A stretch of 63,189 nucleotides of DNA, counting the filler, from Pirum gemmata (lineage: Eukaryota), in the NCBI GenBank assembly GCA_002812295.1. It is 7 parts of 7 records of this genome, joined end to end, with 100 filler letters (N's around TTAATTAATTAA, not from the genome) between each part and the next. Parts side by side here need not be neighbours in the genome. Positions count along the whole stretch, not along the records: positions 36,387 to 45,465 come from PDIN01000072.1; positions 45,566 to 54,360 come from PDIN01000073.1; 5 more parts are not named here. The stretch is one strand, 5' to 3'. Numbering within the stretch: the stretch's first letter is position 1; every line of letters starts with the position of its first letter. Of this stretch, positions 36,465 to 49,821 are shown one piece after another. The notes below the pieces were generated by a model. That model saw only the letters and a list, made by a program, of their open reading frames with translations, ran no database searches and had not been told where the DNA came from. The translations under genes were made by a program, and so were the position numbers.

Positions 36465-37203
36465 CGGATAAAACTGTAGAAACTATTTTTCTTAGACTTC
36501 TTTCTAAAAACTTTTCATGATAACTAGTCAAATTATTTTTAAAAACTGGCCATTGGCTCATAATGGAGTTTTATTAGTTAAACGGTTCCTCAAAATTTGG
36601 TAGTACTTTCATTAAAATTGGAGCATTTTGAGAGTTTTTGGATTTTTGAGCTCAAATGGGGGATGTCACCATTTTTATCCCGGCTTGGTCAAAAAAAAAA
36701 AAAGTTGTTTGTATTTTTAAAAAAAAAAAAAATTACCAAGACTTACCACTGTTACCAGTGAATAAAACAAGTAAAAAAAAAATGAAAAAAAATAATAAAA
36801 AAAATCCACAGAATTTTTTTTTGTATATGACGTATGATATAACAAAAAAAAAAATTATTTTATTTATTGCCATTAGAATAATATGGGAATACTATGGGAA
36901 TAGGGTATGGGAATAGGCAAGGACTTTTTTGAAGTCCTTGGAATAGGGTATGACCGTATGGGAATGCTGCTACTGAGTACTCACTCAGTCCTACACACAC
37001 TATGATACTATCAATGCTCCACCCACTACTATGTAAATAACCTCAATTTTTTTTTTTTTTTGTACTAGTCTAGCTAGCTAGCTATCTGTAATAGAGTATC
37101 TGATAATAAAACTTTTATTAGTATTGCAGTTTACAAAATAATTTTCGCACCTGACCTCACCTAGTTCCTCACAGTTTCCAGTCAGTTTCCTCACCTTTTT
37201 TTA

Positions 37204-37234
<31 letters not shown>

Positions 37235-37241
37235 CACTGTN

Positions 37242-37309
<68 letters not shown>

Positions 37310-40300
37310 TACATTATGCATTTTTTTAAAAAGAAAAAGGAGTAGCAGTATGTTACAGTTATAAGATATAGATATATTATTATAATAATTAGTAGTTGAC
37401 TTGTTTCATGAATCATACATAATACTGTGGTATAAGTTAACGATTTGATTGTCATTCGGTCTTAACTTGTTGTACTTTTCATAATAATACCATAATATAT
37501 AGTCTATAATATATAGTCTATGATTGGCAATTGTATTGTTCTTTTATCGTAGAAATATTGGTTTTTAACTTTTGTTCCTATCATAATATTATGTTATAGT
37601 CGTTGCTAATGTGAATGTTGTTGGAGTTGTCCTCTATGTTGGAATTTATACTTATTATAATTTTTTGATGTAGGAGAGTTAGTATAATAAATAAATCCCT
37701 CTACTAGATCTAGTAGCTAACCGTTTATGATAGATAATACTAGCTTGGAGTAATGTGGTGAGTATTAATATTAACTTCCACACTGATACTTAATTTATAA
37801 ATCATCATGAGGTTATAAGTTAACTTATAACACTCGGCTATGATACCCCAGTCTCTCAGTCTATTTGTCAATAAATACTATAGATCGATGATACTACTAA
37901 TTATCGAATTTATAAAGAGATATGTATCAGATAGAAGTTCATAAAACTAATATCGAAAGCCATAGATGATATTTGTATAGGAGAATATCACTAGAATGAT
38001 TACCATACATACCCTGGTAGATATATTGATAGTAGCGGTGCTATGAGACTGTCATTCATGAAGAGTCACGATGAATGTCATCACTGTTATATGATAACCT
38101 CTAGCTAGTCTAGAGCTGCTACTACTTAGTCTGGTCTTAATTAATAAGCTATCATAGTTTCGGATAGTAGAATGCATTATGATACCAGCTCTAGCTTTTA
38201 AAAAGTATGATGTCTATCATTGATAGTACAACTGATGGTACTAGCTAGCCTTTAGTTATAGACGTTACAAAATGTTTCTCATCTATTTATAATAGACTAT
38301 TAATTAAATTTTATTTGTTTATCCATAGGTATATAAATATCGATAATATGTATCAATATTGATATTGTGTCATTTATTACTAGTCATTTATTATATATAT
38401 GCATAGATGGTACATAACTTAAAAACTTGATACAATGATCTATCAGCAACATAGCTAAATCCTAACAATAGGTTTTTTTAGTGTTTTTTTTTATTATTTC
38501 TTTATATCCATAGATTCCATACACTCTTTTGCCATATTCTGCCATACTCTTGGATAAAAATGGCGACATCCGCCATAGACCTAGTATGGTAGTGCCCTCA
38601 AACGGTAGACGGTAGTGCCACCCGAATCGTGACCCGATAGCTATTAGAGCTACTGAGCTATGATAGTAGCTAGAGTATATAGTAGTCTAATCTTCGGGTA
38701 AGTCTATTTATAAATAAATATGAATATCATAATTTATAAATTATAATATCGATATAGTAGCTAGCCTAGTTAGCGATAGCAATGGTCAGGCAATATAGGT
38801 CTACTACTATGCATAGCATAATCACTCCACCAGATAGACTAGCTACAGCCTACGGGGCTATATAGTAGACTCTAGCTATGATAGATAGTTTCAGTTGTTT
38901 TGTCATCATAAAATATATAATAAATAGTACCAAATTAATATAATATAAATCCATTTATTTGGTATTATCTATACATTGATTTTAAAATGTTAATTAACTT
39001 TTAAATATTATAACCCTCCAAATAAATATTCGGGGCGACAAAATAAATGAAACAGTTATAGTATATGATAGTGTTCGTGGTGATAGTCTTATTAGACCTA
39101 GGCTCTGGCTCGAGGACTCTAGCTACTATAGCAGCTATAGTAGCTAAGCTATCGAGCTACTTCTAAATCCTACAGGAGTCCTATATAATATGATATTGAT
39201 ATATCAATATGGATATCGATAACTAGTCGATAACTCTATCGGATAGCTAAACTAGCTAGTGTCTACCGTACAGTAGTTGTTGTCTAGCTAGCTAAGCAGA
39301 GCAGAGCATTTTTATTAAAAATTATTTTTATCTGATAGGGTCTAGTCTCTATCAAGATAGCTATCGCAAAGCTATGACATAATAATAATCGTCAAGGCTT
39401 TGTCAAGAGCTTCGTCAAGCCACCTATTTTAAAATAAATAAAATTCCCCTAGCTACTACGACTCTACGAGCCTATAGTGAGCCTATAGCCTATAGTAGTT
39501 ATAGTAGTCTAAATACACTCTAAATACCTTAGGTCGAGAAATTCAAGAACTTTTTTTTATACTTCAGTGGATATTATCAGTATATATATATTCAATAATA
39601 ATATATTTAATTTGGATTGACTTTAGTATTTATATATATATATTTTTTTATAAATTTTCTCCATCACCACTGGCGGGAGACAGGTGTCTACATAGTAATA
39701 GACTATTTTACACCCTTGTGTGTCAGTACTACTTTCAAAGTTTTGTTGTTATATTATCAGTGTATATATATGATATCATAATAATTTATAAACATTTAGA
39801 CTAGGTGGGCGATAAAGAAGATAAATAAATTTTATATTTTTTATAATGGGGTAGCCCGGGTAGGTATTGATATGATACTATCTATGATAAGTAGCAAGGA
39901 GCACTCAAGGAGCTCAAAAAAAAAAGAAAAAAAAAATTGAACTAGCTAGCTACTAGCTACTAGCTAGCTAGCTAGCTACAAGTAGAGGGCAGCTCCAGGC
40001 TCCAGGCTCCAGCCAGCATTCAGGGAGGGTCTATTGAGGGTCTCTACTCTAGAACTATCATACTATCGATAGCTAGCTGTAGACTCCTCTCTACTAGCTA
40101 GCTAGTAGAGAAAAGTTATAATTTATTATATTTTTTTATCATATTAATTTATTTATTATAAAAATAATCATTATCAGCTTCATTTATATTAATACAGTCA
40201 GTCACTCACTCCTCCAGATCACTCACTGCACGATGTGTAGTTTTTCATGATTCATACAGCGATGCAGCAGCCATGCTATTAGTAAAGCTATGATATTATT

Positions 40301-41300
40301 GAGCTATCATAATATCATAGCCAGGTCTTGTCTGTAGAGTCTGAGAAATTTTTTCTATTTTCTTTTTCTAGCTAGTTTATTTTTCTAATAAATTTTTTTC
40401 TTTTTCTAGCTAGTTTCTTTTTCTAATAAAATTTTTTTTTTCAAAAAAAATAAAAGAAAAATAGAAAAATAATAAAGAATAAATAATAACATAGGCTTAC
40501 ATAGCTAGCTAGAATCCGATGATAATCTATCTATCTCCTTTAGTGGTCTACCTTTGTAGTCAGTACGGGGTACCTGGTGAAAAACTGTAGTGAAAAAATA
40601 ACTGTGGTGGAAAAACAGTAAAAAAACTATCTAGCTAGTCTAGCCTATTTTTTATTATTTATGTTTTTCAATAGTGTTGTCCCTCCTGTGTTGTCCAGTG
40701 AGACCGTCCAGTTCAAAAACTGAAATAAACGTTAAATTATCAGACACGTTTTAATTAATTTGGTATTTTATACTTAATGTTTCATTTTATAAACAAGTTC
40801 AATTATACACTTAGAGGACAACTGTAATGAAATAGGACGATAATTCTCAGCGATAACTCTAGCTAGTAGTCTCTGGCTATGCTGGTTATGATAGTACTGG
40901 TTTTTATGAAAAAAAAAAAAAAAAAAACAGAGTTCTGGTATCATAGCTGTTTAAAAATAGGGTATAATAGGGTTATCATAGGGTTAGGGTTATCATAGGG
41001 TTAGGGTTATGGAGTTAGAGTTATATGATAATAGGGCTATTATCATAGGGTTGGGGTAGGGGGTTAGTAGAGTTATTATAGGGTTAGGGTTATTATTAGC
41101 TCTAGCTACAGTAGCTAGCTAGCTAGGGTTATTAGGGTTATCTTTTTTATCTATCATAGTTCTCTACAGCTCTGGCTCGAGCGTTTTTTTTAAAACTGGG
41201 CTACATCTGATAGCTACTAGCTACAGTATCATAGTAGCTCGATATCGATAGTAGCTTAGCTAGCTCTAGGCCACAGGTCGTCCTGATCCTACTATAAATA

Positions 41301-41485
41301 TTGTGCTTTTCATTTATTTTGTCAATCCAAATATTTATTTGGTTGGTTATGATATTTAAATTAGGCTTTTTAAATGAATAAATAGATAATAAAATATACC
41401 AAATTAAATGAAATGGATTTATATTGTATTAATTTGGTACTCTTTTTTGTATATTTTATCATGACAAAACAACTGAAAAGCACGA
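41301..41485. mobile_element. Family A: TA-flanked ~185-bp MITE (Tc1/mariner-like), most abundant repeat in the window
   Basis: TA-TTGTGCTTTTCATTTATTTTGTCA...TGACAAAACAACTGAAAAGCACGA-TA (24-bp TIR, 3 mismatches). Other copies at ~10428, 14921, 15181, 15697, 16117, 18136, 20237, 26136, 35895 (partial), 38888, 43815 and 48799. Confidence 0.9.
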
Positions 41486-44400
41486 TAAAATACTATGATA
41501 ATATAATAGATAAAATAAGTATAAAATACTACTAAAATAGTACTAAAATACTAAAATAGTCTATCAGGAATAAATATCAATGTTATATCATACCAGGAAT
41601 ATTTATTTTTTAAAAATACTGAGAATAGCTCTGAGTCTCTGACTGAATATAGTCAGGATTCAGGAATAGTCTATACGACTCTATAGTCTGAAATTCTGAA
41701 TATCATAAAAACTAAATATCAGATAGTCTATTTTAGAGTATGTATAGTCTAAGTAGCTGTAGTGTAGCTGTCTAACTAGAGCCTGTCTATTGTGTGATAA
41801 CATTTTTCCTAACATTTTTCTGAAAAAAAAAAATGAAAAAAAAAAATGAAAAAAAAAGACTAAAAAAAGACTAAAAAAAGCCTGATCCTGGAATTTATTT
41901 AAAACTCCCCGGAGAAACAAACTGTGGAATGAACTGTAGTAGTATGATAATATCAGTATATCGATAATATCAGCTAGTACAGCTGCTAGTACTAAGATAT
42001 AGTGTATCATAGATATGACCTGAGAATATTCGAACTAGCGATTTATAGGCGATTTATAAAAATTATATAGACACGACCAGGTAGGTGACTAGCTAGTCCA
42101 CTACCCCAGAGTCAAAGAGGCTAGTCTAGCTAGAGCTACGGTATCACAATACTATCTGATATCATAGACTACATCTGTATCATACATACTGGTAGAGACT
42201 TGGTAGAGGCACCCTGGTGGTAGAGTCTATCGAATCTTTTTATATATTATGATAACCCTATTAAACCCTAACCCTTGACTGGAGTTCAACTGAGGAGTTC
42301 AAGAAAAAAAATTGAACTCCTTGACTGTACTCGTATTATACTATTATAATATTATTAATCTCTTTTGGTGAATAATATACTAATTTATTTAATAATAATA
42401 TTTGAATAATTTTGAGAATATATTATTTATTATATATCTAAATGTTGAGTTTCCAGCATCGTTTTTTTTTGTTGTTGGTGAATAATATAAAAGAGGCTTG
42501 TTTTTTTAGTGATATCGAATCATTATCAATATCCGATAAAACAAGTTGGATAAAACGAAGCCCGTGATTTGAGTTTAACTAATAGTCTACTGGCGTGAAA
42601 TTTAATCTGGAAAAAAATTACAGTAAAAAAATACTCAAATTTTAGTCAAATTTTCATGAAATTTTCAATTTTTTTCTAGCATTGTTCAGAAGTGTTCGAG
42701 ATTCCTTCGCTAGTTAGAGATTCTATCTATCGATATCGATATAGGAGATTCTATTATCTATATACATACTTTTACATAGACATGTACATGATGCACAGAG
42801 TCACAGACTCACGCTGGCTAATAGTATTCGATAGCTAGCTAGAGTAGGTATGTATCGGTAGCTAGCTACTAGTCTAGGTATCATATGTATCGGTACTCTA
42901 ACTAAGGAACTAGCTACTAGCTAGTAGTACTCTAGCTAGCAGCTCTAGCTAGCAGTTCTATTTTTATTTGATACTATGTGGATAGCTACAGTATAGCTAC
43001 TAGTAGCTAGTCAATGTTTTATATAAAACGTCTGTGAAAACGGTCGTAAATCTAGCTAGGATCGTGAATCAGTAGCACGGTCAGCTGAGCACGGTCCTGG
43101 ACACTGACTGCGTAGTCAACTCGTAGTCAAGCAGCGTAGTCTACGTAGAGACAACCCTCAAATATTACTAGTAGACGGTCTATGATAAGTTTGATAACTC
43201 TATGATATCTATCTATAGATATCAAATACCTCAAAAATAAATATCATGATAAAAAACTTTTTTTTTTTTGAACTAGACTAGTTCCTTGAAATTATCATAA
43301 TTTTTATGATAAATAATTAAGTGTCAAGAACCCTTTTTCCCGAAGTATTATCATATTGACTAATTATTATAATACATGAATATGTGTTTAGAGTAGCTGT
43401 CTTAGATAGGTTAATAATTTGATTATGAATTCAAAGTTAGTTGGTATTTATTGTTATATTATAGTTTCAACTCAGTTTCAATAGTCTGTTTCAACACCAT
43501 ACATTTATTATATCGTACATATTATAACAACTAGATAATATAATCGAAAAATTCCCCCTCTATATCATATATAGTATTATACTTTTCTATCATAATAATA
43601 ACATAGGGGAAATTTTGTAGAGAAATTTTATATAATATGTCAAAGACTTCAAAAATAGGCATCATATAGACCCCCCCCCCTATCATAGTATAGACTATAA
43701 ATAAGACTATGATTATAATGATTATATGATTATCATGAGCATGATTTATATGCATAATATAAGTATAATATATCTGATATTATATATCTGATATTATACA
43801 TTGATGTTATAGAATTGTGCTTTACATTTATTTTGTCACTCCGAATATTTGTTTGGTTGGTTTTAATATTTAAACTGATATTCTTAAATCAATAAATAGA
43901 TAATAAAATATACCAAATTAAATGAAATGGATTTATATTGTATTAATTTGGTACTCTTTATTGTATATTTATGATGACAAAACAATTGAAAAGCAAAGCA
44001 CCATAAAAACAAAAAGAGTAAAAAAAGAAAAAGTTCATATTTTCCTCTACACTGTAGTCTGTAGCTACCTAACCAGACCACTCGATAGCTACTACTAGCT
44101 AGCTAGAGCTAGAGCTAGCTAGTAGCTAGCTATGATAATATGATAGCTGAGTGTTTCCTCTCTTTCCTCTCTAGCTAGTAGCTAGCCGCCCTACTAGTAG
44201 CTAGCTAGCTATCCCGATACTGATTGTTTTCTTACTTTTCCAATAATAATTTGAATATTGAAGCATATTTATAATATCATATATCATATATGATAAAAGA
44301 AAACAAGTCTAAAAAAAATGTTTTCTACAGCTTGGCTGTTCCTGTTTTCCTTTGTCTATATATCATGATTAAAAAAGGAGGAGCAGTAGAGGCTAGGTAG

Positions 44401-44646
44401 GTTATAGTTATCATGTATAGTTAAATTAAAGTTACAATTTGTTGATTTGTTTCATAATACTTTAGTATAAGTTAATTAATGATTTGATTGTCACTTGATT
44501 TTGACTTTAATTAACTTTAATATTGTACTTTTCATAGTAGGCTAGCTAGTCTATCATAGGAAAAAACTTTGGAGAAAAAAACAAACAAAAAATGGAAAAA
44601 TTTTATAGTCTACGTAGGAAAATTAGAAAAATGTAGTTTTTGGTGC

Positions 44647-44677
<31 letters not shown>

Positions 44678-45432
44678 GTGTTTGTTGTTTTTATTATTAA
44701 TTTTTTTTTTTTTGTTATTTTTTTTTGAACCATAGTGTTCTCAACTAGGTGTTCTCAACTTCTTCTCATGGTCTATTATAAATAACTTTGCGCTACCTTG
44801 TGTCCAATGTATTGTTCCTGATATCTATAGAAAGGTCTTGTTGAGTCAATGAAACATATAAAAAAAAAAATTTTTTTTAAAAAAAAAAGTGTTTTTTTAA
44901 AAAAATTAATAAAGACTTTTTATTGATTATATAATAAACTTGCAAAAGCTTGAAATTTTCACGGCCTTAGGACCAGACCTGAGCTTAGCCTCTCTAGCTA
45001 GCTAGCTAGCTAGGACCTTTTATAATAGCTAGCTAGGTCATTAGGTGGTCGTGAAATTTTGTAGACAGTCCAAATTATTTTAATTTGAATTTTTCATTGG
45101 TCAGATCATCCACATTGTGTATTTTTTGATGATGATGTGTCATTTATCATTTATGTTGATTTATGTTTGAAAATGGAAAAAAAAACTACATTGAACGACT
45201 AAAATTGCTAATTTGGAAAAAAAAAGCCATAATTAGAAAGCAAAAACCTTTTTTTTTCCAGGAGAAATAATTAGCTGAATTTATAGTCTAGAATTTAGGT
45301 GAAAATGGTTGGCAGAACTTTGGCGGAGCTGTTCAGGATTCAGAAATATATAGTAAATATATTAAAAAAAAAGGAATTTTAGAGAGAAAATAACCAAATT
45401 TAGTGATTTTTCTTCATTTTTTTGAGGAGGAC

Positions 45433-45465
<33 letters not shown>

Positions 45466-45777
45466 NNNNNNNNNNNNNNNNNNNNNNNNNNNNNNNNNNN
45501 NNNNNNNNNTTAATTAATTAANNNNNNNNNNNNNNNNNNNNNNNNNNNNNNNNNNNNNNNNNNNNATATATATACCACCTATATACAACACTACATCGCA
45601 CCAGAATATGCACAAACACTAAATAAAAGCAAATAGCTCAATAGCAATAGAATAATGATAAAAGCTAACTAGACCCAAAAAAACTTAATTATGACAAAAA
45701 AAGGCAAACAAAAAACACACACAACATTAAGTTACAAATTAAAAATAATGTAAGGGTAAACGAAATGTAAAACTTAC

Positions 45778-46406
45778 CAATTTCGACTCCGAGGCCTTTC
45801 AATCCAATAAATAGCACACTAGACGTTGCCATATTTTTCATGGCCTCAGCACCATAAGCATATAATTGACGAGAATACAAATCCTCCCTGATTTCTGGAG
45901 TATCAACATCCATAGCAGCCTGTTAGGAAAGATTTTGTATTAAGAATAAATAAATAAAAAATTGCCTAAAATGTTAAAGGAAAAAAAAATATGAAATAAC
46001 ATTTTAAAAAAGTACGTAAGCAACAAGACAACCACCGAAACCAGGCAAGAATTGCCATAATAATAACTATAATAACGAAAAAGTTAAGAAAGGAGTATAG
46101 CAACAGCATAATTAATGATACTTCCACAAACAACAACAGCATAATTAATGATACTTCCACAAACAACAACAGCAATAGCAATAGCAATAGTAATGGTAAT
46201 GGTAAAACAGCAAAAGCAACAGAAATAGCAACAGCAATAGCAAAACAGCAATAGCAATAGCAAAACAGCAATAGCAATAGAAATAGCATAGCAAGACAGC
46301 AACAACCGATAAAACAACACAACAGGAACAGGAATAGCACAACAGGAACAGGAACAGAAAAAATAGCAATAGCAATAGCAATAGGGTAACAGTAGATGCT
46401 AACCAT
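45778..46406 (-). CDS. UBA1: Ubiquitin-activating enzyme E1, 5' part only (cut off by scaffold end)
   Basis: Exon 45778-45919 encodes [47 protein letters not shown] (conserved LYSRQLY and GxxGLGVEI), with a CTAACAG acceptor and GTAAGT donor. A probable ATG-only coding exon lies at 46404-46406. Confidence 0.88.
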
Positions 46407-46687
46407 GATTCTTTAATAAAATATGCTATTATGTCGTCCGCTTGTAAAGTATGTATCGGTAAGCTGAATATGAATAAACGGCACCTAAGTTTGACAATGA
46501 TAATTGATTGATAATTGATTCAAAAAATTGTTTCTAAACTATTATTATGATAAAGTTTAGAATATACTATTATTTATGTCTACTATAAAAAAGTCATCAA
46601 AAAGTAAGTGATAGTTCAAAAGTCTAATAAATGAATGAGTCTGTCTATTAATTATGTAATTAATTTCTTTTTAAAATTTTTTAACTA

Positions 46688-46935
46688 CCAGGCCGGATAA
46701 AAATGGCGACATTCTCCATATGAGCTCAAAAATCCAAAAAATCTCAAACCAATCTAATTTTTATAAAAAAGTACTACCAAATTTTGAGAAATCGTCAAGC
46801 TAAGGAAATTCTATTATAAACCAATGGCTAGTTTTTAAAAATAATTTGGCTAGTTAGCATTATTGCATTTTAAAGGTTTTTAGAAAGAAGTCTAAAAAGA
46901 AATATGATTTTCTACAGTTTTATCCAGCTTGGCTG
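46688..46935. mobile_element. Family G: ~250-bp MITE with CCAAGCCGGATAAAA-type TIRs
   Basis: Core AAAAATAATTTGGCTAGTTAGCATT; copies at ~2140-2360, 2905-3150, 14462-14880, 18580-18770, 23050-23165, 26640-26800 and 36463-36690. Confidence 0.8.
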
Positions 46936-48303
46936 TTTAAAAAAAAAAATGTATTTATTTTATAAATCATATTTTTTGAGCTTGCGAAAAAAATACCAAT
47001 TTTTGTTAAAAAAGTTCGCTTATGCGCTCAAGTTCTTGAAACAGACTTTGAAAAAACGAAAAAATAAAAATTATTTTATTTCAGAAGAGCGAAATAAGAT
47101 ATCGATCTTCTATCCGATAGCCAGCTAGTAGCTACGATAGCTTTAGACCTACTAGACCTACTACTAGACCTAGCTAGCTAGCTCCCGTCTATCACCTGAT
47201 CACCACAGAGTCCCAGCTGGCTACTACTAGCTAGCTAGCTACCTACTCTAGCTAGCTACTACTATGATAGTCTACCAGAACTTCCAGAAGTGACTCTACA
47301 AGTGTCTAGCGCTAGCTAGCTAAAGTCTAGCTAAGTGAAAAAATTGCTATGATAGGAAAAAATTCTGGGAAAAAATTGCCTTTGTTGCAAAAAAGACTGA
47401 AAAAAGACTCGCAATTAGTCTCCAGGTGACTAAATAAAATTACAGAGATCATGTATGATAGCTAGCTAGCTAGCTAGCTACTAGTAGTAGACCCAGCTAT
47501 AGCTAGCTAGACTAGCTAGCTAGCTATGAATCCTATGATAGACTAGCTGGGTAGACCTATGATGTCTATGCATAGTAGTCTAGCTAGGTCTAGCTAGCTA
47601 GTAGTAGCTGGCCCTAAGCTGGGCTAAGCTGCTGGGTAGCTACTAGCTAGCTAGCTAGTAGGTAGCTGGACTGGACTTGGAATGTAGCTAGCTAGCTAGA
47701 GGTATAAATTGCTATGTCATGGGTTGAATGGAACGCTAATGGAAGGAAAAATGCTTTTTTGAAACCTAGCTAGAGGCAAAAAAAAGCATATCAAGCTGAA
47801 TGTTGGAAGACATTCTGTGATATACGAAGACATCAAAAGTAATAATGACAAGAGTGATGAAAACATCGAAAATAATATCATAATGAAAACCAGAATAATG
47901 AAAACAAGTATCCCGGTAGTACAGCTAGCTAGCTAGCTAGAGTAGTTAGTACTTAGACTACTACTATCATATGCATATCAAAGATAGAGTCTAGCTCTAC
48001 TACAGTACTACTAGCTAGCTAACTAGCAGCTTGAGAGTCCAAGGAGTGACCAAGGTCTATTAGTTAGACCAAGCCTGAAAAAAAAAAAGCCAAGGAAGAC
48101 TAGACTACCAGTAAAATAATTTGTGGTAGATGGATGCATTTGATATGACGTAACGATTGAAAAGCTTGAAAAAGGCAAATGAAGATGCTTAGATGCTAAG
48201 TTGGATGAAAAAGCCCAGCACAAAAGGATGGGTTTTTACAAGGACTTCAAAGTCCTTGGTTTTTACTTGGCCCTTTCAACAAATAAATATCAACTTAGTC
48301 TAG

Positions 48304-48573
48304 TCGTTACGTCAATATTTTAAAAATGACTTAAATTTAATATTATTATTTTTTTTTATTATTATGATACGCATATCTAGCTAGTAGATATGCCGTTACG
48401 TCAATATTTTAAAAATGACGTAAATTTAATATTATTATTATTTTTTTTATTATATGATACGCATATCTAGCTAGTAGATATGCCGTTACGTCAATATTTT
48501 AAAAATGACGTAAATTTAATATTATTATTATTATTTTTATTATGATACGCATATCTAGCTAGTAGATATGCAT
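48304..48573. repeat. Tandem 90-bp repeat x3 with two internal palindromes
   Basis: Each unit contains TTACGTCAATATTTTAAAAATGAC(G)TAA and GCATATCTAGCTAGTAGATATGC. Confidence 0.9.
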
Positions 48574-49299
48574 ATTATGATAGTCTAGCTAGTCTCCCTT
48601 GAAAAAGCTCAGTAAAAAAGCTTTTTATGATTATGATATAGTCAGTAGAAAAGCCCTGATTCTAAACTAAACTCTGTTCTAAGAGTGTTCTAAGCTCTAA
48701 CTACTACTAGTAGCTAGCTAGCTAGCTAGACTAGCTAGCTAGTAGCTAGACCAGACTACGAAAACTTATCTCATACAATAAATCACTACAGAGGGGATCT
48801 ATCGTGCTTTTGTCGTCATAAAATATACAATAAATAGTACCAAATTAATAAAATATAAATCCATTTCATTTAATTTGGTATACTTTATTATATATTTATT
48901 TATTTAAAAGTATCAATTTAAATATTATAAACAACCAAATAAATATTCGGAGTGACAAAAAACAAAATAAATGAAGTTTTTAAGCACTGCTAAGCTACTA
49001 GCTAGCTAGGTCTAGCCCGGAGTCTTACTAAAAGCCTCTACCGATAGACTACTAGCTAGGCTAGTAGTAGTCTATCGATAGCTAGCTGTGAAACATGTTG
49101 TTTCACAATCTCTCTATAACTTTCATTTAATCTTTGGAGTTTTATTATACTTGATTTTTTTTTACTTATTCGTGTAGCTAGCTAGCTACAGTATAGCTAG
49201 ACTATCACAGAATTTCATAGTATCATAGCTAGGATATGACCAAAAGCTTTTATGATTTATCTCTTATGTCTTAGAGGTCTTTTCTAAAGCTTTTTTACT

Positions 49300-49475
49300 A
49301 GGTAATTTATTTAATTTGTATAAGCTAGAATGTAATGGGGTCACGTCTTTACCTTCTAGTATAGTAATTTATCTAGACTGGAGACTCTGGAATGTAGTGG
49401 GGTCACGTCTTTACCTTCTAGTATAAGTAATTTATTTAGTTTGTATAAGCTAGAATGCAATTGGGTCACGTCTTG
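49300..49475 (-). pseudogene. Degenerate LRR-like tandem repeat fragment
   Basis: Three ~60-66 bp units reading DVT(P/Q)LHSSLYKLNKLLILEGK, with indels. Confidence 0.4.
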
Positions 49476-49526
49476 ATAATGATGAGGGTGATGATGATGA
49501 TGATGATGATGATGGAGGAGGAGGAG

Positions 49527-49562
<36 letters not shown>

Positions 49563-49664
49563 AATGACAATGACGATGATGACGATGATGATGACGATGA
49601 CGATGACGATGACGATGAGGATGGGGATGGTGATGATGGCGATGGTGATGTTGATAATGAAGAA

Positions 49665-49714
<50 letters not shown>

Positions 49715-49785
49715 GAATGATGATAATAATAATAATAATAATGATGATGATGATGATGACGACGATGGTGTTGTTGTTGTTGATA

Positions 49786-49820
<35 letters not shown>
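49476..49820. repeat. (GAT/GAC)n trinucleotide tract
   Basis: Direct reading; gives the poly-D/S/M/I ORFs. Confidence 0.9.
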
Positions 49821-49821
<1 letters not shown>

